From Actinomycetota bacterium (GTDB lineage Bacteria > Actinomycetota > UBA4738 > HRBIN12): a stretch of DNA of 52,801 bases. The translations under genes and the position numbers were made by a program. A model generated the notes under the pieces. The model ran no database searches. It was not told the origin of the DNA and saw only the letters and a list, made by a program, of their open reading frames with translations. Of this stretch, positions 18,104-26,337 are shown one piece after another. Every line of letters begins with the position of its first letter. The stretch's first letter is position 1. The stretch spans positions 1 to 52,801 of the forward strand of contig DASZOO010000115.1 in the NCBI GenBank assembly GCA_035550775.1, in the 5' to 3' direction.

Positions 18104-18430
18104 ATGGCGAACGTGAACACCGTGACCGATCAGGAGTTCCAGAGCTCCGTCCTGGACTCGCAGACCCCGGTCCTCGTGGACTTCTGGGCCGAATGGTGCG
18201 TGCCGTGCCACATGGTCTCCCCGGTGGTCGAGGAGATCGGCCAGGACAAGGGCGAGGCCCTGAAGGTCGTGAAGCTGAACATCGACGAGAACCCCCAGGC
18301 CACGCGCACCTACGGGGTGATGAGCATCCCGAGCCTGATCCTGTTCAAGGGCGGGCAAGAGGTCGCCCGCGTGATCGGCGCGAAGCCGAAGGACGCGATC
18401 CTCCGGGACATCGAACCGCACCTGGCCTGA
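18104..18430 (+). CDS. trxA: Thioredoxin (atypical WCVPC active site)
   Basis: VLVDFWAEWCVPCHM. 108 aa. GAGGAG Shine-Dalgarno about 10 nt upstream of the ATG at 18104. Confidence 0.95.
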   Translation: MANVNTVTDQEFQSSVLDSQTPVLVDFWAEWCVPCHMVSPVVEEIGQDKGEALKVVKLNIDENPQATRTYGVMSIPSLILFKGGQEVARVIGAKPKDAILRDIEPHLA

Positions 18431-18475
18431 CCGCCGAGACCGCCAACCCATCCGCTCGACCACGGGGCCGGTCGG

Positions 18476-19540
18476 TTGCCGCTGCGCGTGCACGCGGCGC
18501 AGACTCGTCGTGTGCACATCTACCGCCTCGGCGACGAAGGCCCCGAGGTCGGCGACATCCAAGAACGGCTGACCGGGCTCGGACTCTCGATCGAGGAGCA
18601 GGAGCGGGGCGGGCGGTTCGGACCGTCGACCGACGCCGCCGTCCGCGAGTTCCAGCAACGGCGCAACCTGCGCATCGACGGGCTGGTCGGGCCCGACACC
18701 TGGGGCCAGCTCGTGGAAGCCGGCTACCGGCTGGGCGACCGGACCCTGTATCTGCATTCCCCTCACTTCCGTGGCGACGACGTCCGGGGCCTGCAGCGAA
18801 AGCTCAACGCCTTGGGCTTCGACGCGGGCCGAGAGGACGGCATGTTCGGTGTCGACACCGATCGGGCGATGCGGGAGTTCCAGCGCAACGTCGGTGAGGA
18901 GATCGACGGCATCGTCGGGTTGCACGCGATCGAGATGCTCCGGCGCATGCGTCCGTCCGAGCACGGTCCCAGCCGCGCGCTCGTTCGCGAGGAGGAGGAG
19001 CTGCGGCACCTGCGGACCTCGATCGAGGGGCAGGTCCTCGCGATCGATCCCGGTGATCCGGCGGAGCCTGGCAGCGCCTGCACTCACTCGGTGGCCGCCG
19101 TGCTCCGCGACGAGCTCACGTCGATGGGCGCGAAGCCGTGCCTGCTGCGCGCGAGGGACGAGCCGCTCGGGCCGACCGACCGAGCACGGGTCGCCAACGA
19201 GATGGGGGCCGTGATGTGCGTGTCGATCGAGTTGGCGACCGGACCGCCGGAAGCGTCGGGGCCCACCGTCTCCTACTTCGGCAACGAGAGCACGCACTCC
19301 CCCGCCGGCATGCTGGCGGGGGAGCTGATCCTCGAGGAGCTCGAGGCGGCGCTGGGGGTTCGAGGTCGGTTGCAGCGGCTGGCCATCTCGATGCTGCGCG
19401 AGACCCGCATGCCCGCCGTGCAGGTCGAACCGGCGTTCATCACGAACACGCGCGAGGCGGCGTCGATCGCCGATCCGGCCTTCGCAGAGCTCGTCGGACG
19501 CGCGGTGGCGTCGGGGATCAAGCGCTTCTACGCCGACTGA
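18476..19540 (+). CDS. cwlM: CwlM-like protein: two PG_binding_1 repeats plus a degenerate Amidase_3 domain, no signal peptide
   Basis: GDEGPEVGDIQERL and GDDVRGLQRKLNALGF PG-binding repeats. The amidase_3 region has IDPGDPA where the usual DPGHGG would be. Synteny after trxA. Confidence 0.8.
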   Translation: MPLRVHAAQTRRVHIYRLGDEGPEVGDIQERLTGLGLSIEEQERGGRFGPSTDAAVREFQQRRNLRIDGLVGPDTWGQLVEAGYRLGDRTLYLHSPHFRGDDVRGLQRKLNALGFDAGREDGMFGVDTDRAMREFQRNVGEEIDGIVGLHAIEMLRRMRPSEHGPSRALVREEEELRHLRTSIEGQVLAIDPGDPAEPGSACTHSVAAVLRDELTSMGAKPCLLRARDEPLGPTDRARVANEMGAVMCVSIELATGPPEASGPTVSYFGNESTHSPAGMLAGELILEELEAALGVRGRLQRLAISMLRETRMPAVQVEPAFITNTREAASIADPAFAELVGRAVASGIKRFYAD

Positions 19541-19685
19541 CCAACCGCAGGAACACGCCCAGCGCAACGCCGAGCACGGCGGCGCGAACGGCGCGTTCGC
19601 CTTCCGTGAGGTGGCGCGCGGCCGGCCTCGGGTCCGGCCGAGTCCCTTCGGGGGCGTGCGACATCGCGGGCTATGCTACGCGCCG

Positions 19686-20648
19686 ATGCGCTTCTGCCTG
19701 ATGCTGGAAGGACAGGAAGGCGTCACCTGGCCCGACTGGCTCGCGGCCGGGAAGGCCGCCGAGCGACTGGGCTTCGACGGCATCTTCAGCTCCGACCACT
19801 ACCTGAGCGTGATCCGCCATCGCGACCACGATCGCGGTTCCTCCGACGCGTGGACGATGCTGTCCGCGCTGGCAGCCTCGACCACGTCGATCCGCCTCGG
19901 AACCCTAGTCTCACCCGTCACGTTCCGGCTGCCGGCCCACCTCGCGAAGACGGCGGTGACGGTCGACAGGGTCAGCGGCGGGCGCGTCGAGATCGGGATG
20001 GGCGCGGGATGGTGGGAGGAAGAGCACCGGACGCACGGCTTCCCGTTCCCCGATCCGTCGACGCGGTTCGACATGCTGGCCGAGCAGCTCGAGATCGTGC
20101 ACGGGCTCCTGACCGAGGAGCGGTTCTCGTTCCGGGGCCAGCACTACCAACTCGACGCCGTTCCGTTCGCTCCCAAGGGCACCCAGGAGCCGCATCCCCC
20201 GATCATCGTTGGCGGCAACGGAGGGCCCCGGGTCGCCGAGCTGGTCTCGCGCTGGGCGGACGAGTTCAACACCGTCGGGCCCTCACCCGAGCAGGCGCGC
20301 GAACGGATCGGCCGGGTGCGCGACCGGCTCGACGCCGACGGTCGCGGGCAGGAGACGCTCACGACATCGGTGATGACATGGTGCTACGTCGGTGAGACCG
20401 AGCGCGATGCGATGCGGGTGATCGAGCAGGCTCGCACCCGCGCGATGCGCGTGGCGAGGTTCGAGGACGAGCTCGACGAGCTCCGCGCGCACTGCGTCGT
20501 CGGATCGGTCGACCAGGCGGTCGAGCGGCTGAACGAATACGTGGCCGCCGGGGTGCAACGGATCATGCTCAACCACGAGGTCTTCGACGACCTCGAGATG
20601 CTCGACGTGCTCGCCGAGCGCGTGTTCCCTCAGGTGACGCATGCATGA
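19686..20648 (+). CDS. Luciferase-like (LLM class) F420-dependent oxidoreductase
   Basis: MRFCLMLEGQEG...FSSDHY and TIM-barrel LLM motifs. ATG at M26 of the track ORF. Confidence 0.8.
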   Translation: MRFCLMLEGQEGVTWPDWLAAGKAAERLGFDGIFSSDHYLSVIRHRDHDRGSSDAWTMLSALAASTTSIRLGTLVSPVTFRLPAHLAKTAVTVDRVSGGRVEIGMGAGWWEEEHRTHGFPFPDPSTRFDMLAEQLEIVHGLLTEERFSFRGQHYQLDAVPFAPKGTQEPHPPIIVGGNGGPRVAELVSRWADEFNTVGPSPEQARERIGRVRDRLDADGRGQETLTTSVMTWCYVGETERDAMRVIEQARTRAMRVARFEDELDELRAHCVVGSVDQAVERLNEYVAAGVQRIMLNHEVFDDLEMLDVLAERVFPQVTHA

Positions 20649-20668
20649 GCTAGCCTGAGGGCCTTCCC

Positions 20669-21898
20669 ATGGCCGAATTCTCCATCGATCGCTTCGTCGA
20701 CCTGTACGCGCACCGGACGTCGGGCATGTCCGCTTCGGAGGTGCGCGCGCTCTTCGCGGTCGCCTCGCGTCCCGAGGTCGTCTCGCTGGCCGGCGGCATG
20801 CCGTTCGTGGACGCGCTGCCAACCGACGACGTGCTCGAGGCCGTTCGGAGCGTGCTCGACGAGCACGGATCGATGTCGTTGCAGTACGGCGGCGGTCAAG
20901 GTCACGCCGGTCTGCGTGCGCGCATGGCCGCGTTGATGGGCGCCGAGGGCGTCGAGGGCGACCCCGAGGACATGGTGATCACGACCGGCGCCCAGCAGGC
21001 GCTCGACCTCGTCGGCAAGATCTTCATCGACCCGGGTGACCTCATCGCGGTCGAGGCACCCGCTTACGTGGGAGCCCTCACCGCGTTCGGGGCCTACGAG
21101 CCCCGATACCTCCAGCTCGACATCGACGACGACGGCATGATCGTCGATCAGCTGGAGGAGGCGATGATCCGCGGCGAGCGCCCCAAGTTCGTGTACACGT
21201 GCCCGAACTTCGGGAACCCCAGTGGTGTGACACTGTCATACCGACGCCGTCAACACCTCGTCGCTCTCTGCCGTGAGGCGGGTATCCCGATCGTCGAGGA
21301 CAACCCGTACGGCATGCTTCGGTTCGAAGGGGACGCGATCCCCGCGCTGCGGACCCTCGACCCGGGCAACGTGATCTACCTGGGCACGGTCTCCAAGGTC
21401 TTCTCCCCCGGTGTCCGCGTCGGATGGGCGATGGCGGAGCAGTCCGTCGTGCAGCGCCTCGTGCTCGCGAAGGAAGCGGCGGACCTCTGCGGTTCCTCGT
21501 TCACCATGCTCCTCACCGAGCGATACTTCGCCGACGAGACCCGGTGGCGATCGAACCTGTCCACGCTCGCCGAAACCTATCGTTCACGTCGCGACGCGAT
21601 GCTCGAGGCGATCGACGAACGGTTCCCCGACGGGGCGATGTGGACCTCGCCTGCAGGTGGGTTCTACGTGTGGGTGACGCTCCCCGATTGGTTCGATACC
21701 CGGGCCATGCTCGCGGCCGCCGTGGAACGTCGCGTGGCCTACGTGCCGGGGACCGCCTTCTATCCCGACGGCCGGGGCGGCAATCAGATGCGGCTGGCCT
21801 TCTGCTACCCGCCCGAAGACCGGATCCGAGAAGGCATCTCGCGTCTGGGCGATCTCCTCGAGGACGAGCAGGCCCTGTACCGGAGCCTGCATCCGTGA
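20669..21898 (+). CDS. PLP-dependent class I/II aminotransferase (LysN/ARO8-like)
   Basis: NPSGV, then SKVFSPGVRVGW (PLP lysine). 409 aa. Confidence 0.85.
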   Translation: MAEFSIDRFVDLYAHRTSGMSASEVRALFAVASRPEVVSLAGGMPFVDALPTDDVLEAVRSVLDEHGSMSLQYGGGQGHAGLRARMAALMGAEGVEGDPEDMVITTGAQQALDLVGKIFIDPGDLIAVEAPAYVGALTAFGAYEPRYLQLDIDDDGMIVDQLEEAMIRGERPKFVYTCPNFGNPSGVTLSYRRRQHLVALCREAGIPIVEDNPYGMLRFEGDAIPALRTLDPGNVIYLGTVSKVFSPGVRVGWAMAEQSVVQRLVLAKEAADLCGSSFTMLLTERYFADETRWRSNLSTLAETYRSRRDAMLEAIDERFPDGAMWTSPAGGFYVWVTLPDWFDTRAMLAAAVERRVAYVPGTAFYPDGRGGNQMRLAFCYPPEDRIREGISRLGDLLEDEQALYRSLHP

Positions 21899-22836
21899 AC
21901 GTCGCGGTGCTCGCGGGTGGGCGCACACCGGAGCACGATGTCTCGCTGCGCAGCGGGCACCGTGTCGTGGGCGCCATGCGAGACCTGGGACACACGGCGG
22001 AGATGATCGATCCCGGGGAGCTGTCGCTGGCCGAGGCGCTGCAGGAACGGGCGCCCGATCTCTGCTACCTCGCCTTGCACGGCAAGGAAGGTGAGGACGG
22101 CACCGTTCAACGCCTGCTCGACCTCATCGGCGTCGCCTACACCGGCACCTCGGCCTTCGACTGCGAGGTGGCGTTCGACAAACTCTTGGCCAAGGACGTG
22201 CTTGCCCGGGCGGGCGTGCCCACGCCGGCATGGGCGCCGATCGAGGGCGCGGCTCTGCGCGACCTGGGTGCCGGTGCGGTGCTCGGTCGCGCGATCGATC
22301 GCGTCGGGCTGCCGTGCGTCGTCAAACCCTCGAGGAGCGGTTCAGCGCTCGGCGTCACGACGGTTGCACGGGAATCGGATCTGCCGGCCGCCGTCATGGC
22401 GGCGTTGTCGTTCAGCGGCGGAGTCGTGATCGAGCGCGCCGTGGCCGGCACGGAGGTGGCCCTCGGTGTCGTGGGCACGCCCGCGGACACCCTCCCTGCG
22501 GTGGAGATCGTGCCGAAGGGTGGCACGTACGACTACGCCGCCCGGTACACGGCCGGCGCCACCGAGTACTTCGCTCCCGCGAGGCTGAGCGACGACGCCA
22601 CGATGGCGTGCCACGACGCGGCGATGGCCGCGTGGTCGGCCCTGCACCTGCGTGACGTCACCCGGGTCGACATGATCGTCGACGACGACGGCCGCCCCTG
22701 GGTCCTCGAGGTGAACGTCTCCCCCGGCATGACCGAGACCAGCTTGCTGCCGATGGGCGCAGGGGCTGCCGGCATGGCTCTTGCTGAATTGTGTGATGCC
22801 ATCATTCAGTCGGCGCTGGCCCGCAAGTCGAGTTGA
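21895..22836 (+). CDS. ddl: D-alanine--D-alanine ligase family (ATP-grasp)
   Basis: GTGA overlap with the aminotransferase stop. HGKEGEDGTVQ, KPSRSGSALGV, EVNVSPGMTETSLLP. Confidence 0.85.
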   Translation: MNVAVLAGGRTPEHDVSLRSGHRVVGAMRDLGHTAEMIDPGELSLAEALQERAPDLCYLALHGKEGEDGTVQRLLDLIGVAYTGTSAFDCEVAFDKLLAKDVLARAGVPTPAWAPIEGAALRDLGAGAVLGRAIDRVGLPCVVKPSRSGSALGVTTVARESDLPAAVMAALSFSGGVVIERAVAGTEVALGVVGTPADTLPAVEIVPKGGTYDYAARYTAGATEYFAPARLSDDATMACHDAAMAAWSALHLRDVTRVDMIVDDDGRPWVLEVNVSPGMTETSLLPMGAGAAGMALAELCDAIIQSALARKSS

Positions 22837-22851
22837 GGGCCCGCCCGGGGT

Positions 22852-23748
22852 TCAGTCGGGGGAGAGCCCGGGGCCGGATCCCACGATCTCGGACACGATG
22901 CGCTCCAGGTCGTCGACGGAACCGAATTCGATGATCACCCGGCCTCGCTTCTTCCCGTGCTGGATCTGCACACGCGTGGCGAGTTGCTCCGAGAGGATCT
23001 CTTCGACCTCGGCCATGCCGGAGTCCACGGCCGGGACCGTGGCGACGTCGGAGGTGGCTTCTCGCTCCGCCGGGGGCTCGAGGTAGCGCCGGACGAGCTC
23101 TTCGGTTTCGCGGACCGAGAGATCCTCGGCGGCCACGCGCATCGCGAGGGTGTTGACCGCATCGGCGTCGCCGAGCGTCAGCAGCGCGCGAGCGTGGCCG
23201 GCTTGGATCTTCGCGTCGGACAGCAACTGCTGGGTCTCCAACGGGAGTTGCAGCAGCCTGATCGTGTTGGCGATGTGTGACCGCGACACACCGACTCGTT
23301 CCGCGAGCTCCTCCTGCTTCAGCCCGAGATCCTCGAGGAGTTGACGGAACGCCTCTGCGAGTTCGATCGGGCCGAGGTCCTGCCGATGGATGTTCTCGAT
23401 CAGGGCCTCTCGCAGGAGGTCGGAGTCGTCGGTGTCACGCAGCACCACGGGTACGGTTGCCAGACCCGCGACCTTGGCGGCCCGCAGCCGCCGTTCTCCC
23501 GCCACCAGCTCGTAGCCGTCGTCTCCCGAGCGTCTGACGACGATGGGCTGCAGGATGCCGACCTCGGTGATCGACGCCGCGAGGGCCTGGATCTCCTCCT
23601 CGTCCCAGTGCGTCCGAGGCTGCTTCGGATTCGGGGTCACGGCGTTGACGGGGACCTCGAGCAGTCCGGAGACGCCCTCCCCGGCTTCCGGCGCGCCGGG
23701 GATCAGCGCCGAGAGCCCGCGTCCCAGACCACCACGTTTCGCCATCAT
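22852..23748 (-). CDS. parB: Chromosome partitioning protein ParB
   Basis: GLGRGLSALIP, GERRLRAAK arginine patch, HTH QEELAERVGVSRSHIANTIRLL. ATGA overlap with the parA stop. Confidence 0.95.
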   Translation of the reverse strand: MMAKRGGLGRGLSALIPGAPEAGEGVSGLLEVPVNAVTPNPKQPRTHWDEEEIQALAASITEVGILQPIVVRRSGDDGYELVAGERRLRAAKVAGLATVPVVLRDTDDSDLLREALIENIHRQDLGPIELAEAFRQLLEDLGLKQEELAERVGVSRSHIANTIRLLQLPLETQQLLSDAKIQAGHARALLTLGDADAVNTLAMRVAAEDLSVRETEELVRRYLEPPAEREATSDVATVPAVDSGMAEVEEILSEQLATRVQIQHGKKRGRVIIEFGSVDDLERIVSEIVGSGPGLSPD

Positions 23749-25211
23749 TCCCCTCCCTTGCGGAACAGTCGCCACCGGCGCTTGGGCGCAGCTTCCTCGT
23801 CGTGGAGCGTCGCACCGATGTCCGCCACGGCACGGCCGGCGGGCTGCTCCCCTGCTGGTTCGTCCGTTCGCCCCGGCTGCGGGATCGGCGGTTCGGCGTC
23901 CTCGTCGATCACCACGACCCGCCGCCCCGGGGCGGGCGCCGCTCGGCGCTCCGGCTCACCAGGCGAACGCCGCAGGGGGGGACGCGGCGTGCCGGCCTCT
24001 TCCCAGACGTCGTCCTCCTCGAATGACTCGGGGATCGGCGGTGGGGACGGAGCGACTGCCTCCGCTCCTGCACGCTCCGTGAGATCGGGCTCGGGCGCGG
24101 GGACCGGCTCGGGCTCGGGCGCGGGGACCGGCTCGGGCTCGGGCGCGGGGACCGGCTCGGGCTCGGGCGCGAGATCGTGCACCATGGGCACGTCACCGAG
24201 CTCGTCGTCGGTGAGCGGCTCGGCAGGCGCCATGGTCCCGTCCAACGGCGGGACGACGACCGTCGGGAGGTCGTCGAACGCCGGCATCGGCTCCGCGGGC
24301 GGCGGGCGGATCGCGACCTCCCGGCCGAGCTCTCGATAGCTGGCGGCGCCCTTGGACTTGGGGTCGTACACCGTGATCGGCTGGCCAAACCCTGGAGCCT
24401 CTGACAGACGTACGGTCCTCGGGATGATGACGTCGTACACGAGATCGCCGAAGTAGCGTCTCACCTCGTCGACGACCTGCTCCGACAGCTTCGTCCTGGG
24501 GTCGAACATCGTCATCACGATGCCTGAGAGCCGCAGGCCCGGATTGATGTTCTGCTGGACCAGCGACACGTTCCGCAAGAGCTGCCCGAGACCCTCGAGG
24601 GCGTAGTACTCACATTGGATCGGGACGATCAGTTCTTCCGCGGCGGTCAACGCGTTGATCGTGAGGAGGCCGAGCGAAGGGGGGCAGTCCAGCAGGATGA
24701 AGTCGTACTTCCCCTCACGCACCGACCCCAGAGCCTTCTTCAGCCGCGTCTCGCGAGAGAACTGACTCACGAGCTCGATCTCGGCCCCGGCGAGATCGAT
24801 CGTCGAAGGGATCGCCGCGAGATGCTTCACGGGCGTCGGCACGATCGCGTCATCGACATCGGCTTCCGAGACGATCACGTCGTAAACGCTGATCTCACGA
24901 GCCTCGTGGCGGATGCCCAGCCCCGTCGAAGCGTTCCCCTGTGGATCCAGGTCGACCACGAGCACGCGGAAGCCGAGGTCCGCCAGGGCTGCGCCGAGGC
25001 TCACGGCTGTCGTGCTCTTGCCGACGCCACCTTTCTGATTCGCGATCGCGATGACCCGAGCGATCCCGGGGGTGTCGGGGACGACCGGGACCGGCTTCTT
25101 CTTCTCGCGCTTGGATCGCTTCCCCTTGGATGCGGTTGTCGAACCGCCCTTGGAACTCGAGCGGGTGGACGTGCTTGGGGCGGCGCCGACGCCGGCGGAG
25201 GCCTTGGTCAC
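23745..25211 (-). CDS. parA: ParA/Soj partition ATPase with a Lys/Ser-rich N-terminal tail and a C-terminal Pro/Glu-rich extension of about 188 aa
   Basis: Deviant Walker A NQKGGVGKSTT. The core ends near aa 300 (ASYRELGREVA); the frame continues to aa 488. GTGA overlap with the rsmG stop. Confidence 0.9.
   Translation of the reverse strand: MTKASAGVGAAPSTSTRSSSKGGSTTASKGKRSKREKKKPVPVVPDTPGIARVIAIANQKGGVGKSTTAVSLGAALADLGFRVLVVDLDPQGNASTGLGIRHEAREISVYDVIVSEADVDDAIVPTPVKHLAAIPSTIDLAGAEIELVSQFSRETRLKKALGSVREGKYDFILLDCPPSLGLLTINALTAAEELIVPIQCEYYALEGLGQLLRNVSLVQQNINPGLRLSGIVMTMFDPRTKLSEQVVDEVRRYFGDLVYDVIIPRTVRLSEAPGFGQPITVYDPKSKGAASYRELGREVAIRPPPAEPMPAFDDLPTVVVPPLDGTMAPAEPLTDDELGDVPMVHDLAPEPEPVPAPEPEPVPAPEPEPVPAPEPDLTERAGAEAVAPSPPPIPESFEEDDVWEEAGTPRPPLRRSPGEPERRAAPAPGRRVVVIDEDAEPPIPQPGRTDEPAGEQPAGRAVADIGATLHDEEAAPKRRWRLFRKGGE
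24087..24170. repeat. 24-bp tandem repeat (ggctcgggctcgggcgcggggacc, about 3.5 copies) inside the parA 3' extension
   Basis: Read directly. Encodes (PEPEPVPA)x3 on the minus strand. Flanked by gagatc on both sides. Confidence 0.9.
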
Positions 25212-25813
25212 TGCCGAGTCATGATAACGAGCGGTCCCGACCGTGCAAGAGCGGACGTCCTCGAAAACCGTGCGGAGACACCTTTGGGCAGATCCGACGA
25301 GGGATCGAAGCTGGAGCCGGCCCAGTAGATGAGGGATCCGGCTGGAACCAGCAGGCGTTCAGCGGCAGCCCACGACGTCGCTGCAGAGCCGAACGCTCGC
25401 GCGGTGCACGTGTCCACGCGCTGTCGGAACGTTTCGACCCGTCGCGGGTAGACCGTCACGTTGTCCATGTCGGACGCGGCTTCCTGCAGGAACGTGGCCC
25501 GATTCCGGCGCACCTCGATCAACACCCACCGCAGGTCGGGCCTCACGATGGCCAGGACGAGGCCGGGCAAGCCGGCTCCCGAGCCCAGGTCGCACACGGT
25601 GCCGAACCCAGGCAGGAGCGGCGCCGCTCGGAGGGAGTCCGCGATATGGCGATGCCTGAGTCGTGACGCATCCAATGGAGCGATCATCCCCATCGGGATC
25701 GCCCATTCCGAGAGGAGGTGCTCGAAGCGTTCCAGCCGCTCCAGGGCATCCTCGTCGAGCCGGACTCCCAGGGCCGCGACCCATTCCCAACCCTCATGTT
25801 TCACGTGAAACAT
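25208..25813 (-). CDS. rsmG: 16S rRNA (guanine527-N7)-methyltransferase RsmG (GidB)
   Basis: SAM motif DLGSGAGLPGLVLAI. Conserved position between parA and jag. Confidence 0.9.
   Translation of the reverse strand: MFHVKHEGWEWVAALGVRLDEDALERLERFEHLLSEWAIPMGMIAPLDASRLRHRHIADSLRAAPLLPGFGTVCDLGSGAGLPGLVLAIVRPDLRWVLIEVRRNRATFLQEAASDMDNVTVYPRRVETFRQRVDTCTARAFGSAATSWAAAERLLVPAGSLIYWAGSSFDPSSDLPKGVSARFSRTSALARSGPLVIMTRQ
25797..25812. promoter_or_regulatory. parS: parS centromere site, perfect TGTTTCACGTGAAACA
   Basis: Exact 16-bp consensus palindrome (18-bp palindrome ATGTTTCACGTGAAACAT at 25796-25813). It coincides with rsmG codons 1-6 (MFHVKH). Confidence 0.85.
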
Positions 25814-25842
25814 CGCCTCCGCGCAGGAGGGCTAGGACGACG

Positions 25843-26337
25843 TCAGACAGGACGGATGACCACGTACCGCTCTGGATCCATCCCGCGAGACTCCGTCTCG
25901 ACGCCCTCGACGTCGGCGACGGCATCGTGAACGAGCTTGCGCTCATAGGAGTTCATCGGCTCGAGCTCTTCCTCACGACCCTCGTCACGCACCCGCTGGG
26001 CTAGCTCCCGGGCGTGCTCCTCGAGTCGTTCCTCACGGCGCTTCCGATAGTCCTCGACGTCGACGATCACCCGGATCCGCCGATCCAGTCGGCGCCCGAC
26101 GACCATGCGTGAGAGCTCCTGGATCGCATCGAGCGTCTGTCCGTGCCGTCCGATCAGGAGCGACATGTCCTCGTCTGCCCCATCCACGATATCGACGTAC
26201 ATGTGGTCTTCGTGCGGGTTGGGCTCGGCGATGGCGTCGATGTCCATGCGAGCGAGCAGCTCTTCCAGGAAGTCCGCGGTCGCGTCCGCCTGTTCCTCCA
26301 GGTCGTCCATCGTGGGACCGTGGTCGCGATCAGACAC
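25843..26337 (-). CDS. jag: Jag-like RNA-binding protein (KH + R3H domains)
   Basis: KH motif LLIGRHGQTLDAIQ; R3H region MNSYERKLVHDAV. Overlaps the yidC stop. Confidence 0.85.
   Translation of the reverse strand: MSDRDHGPTMDDLEEQADATADFLEELLARMDIDAIAEPNPHEDHMYVDIVDGADEDMSLLIGRHGQTLDAIQELSRMVVGRRLDRRIRVIVDVEDYRKRREERLEEHARELAQRVRDEGREEELEPMNSYERKLVHDAVADVEGVETESRGMDPERYVVIRPV

Noticed and set aside
13698-19567. Minus-strand ORFs 13698-14876, 15110-16486, 16896-18035 and 17924-19567
   Set aside because: They are antisense shadows of murJ, sigma/anti-sigma, trxB, trxA and cwlM, all of which have strong motifs on the plus strand.
24087-24170. Possible CRISPR-like array (regular 24-bp repeats)
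   Set aside because: The repeats are contiguous with no spacers. They lie in frame inside parA and encode PEPEPVPA units. No cas genes are present.
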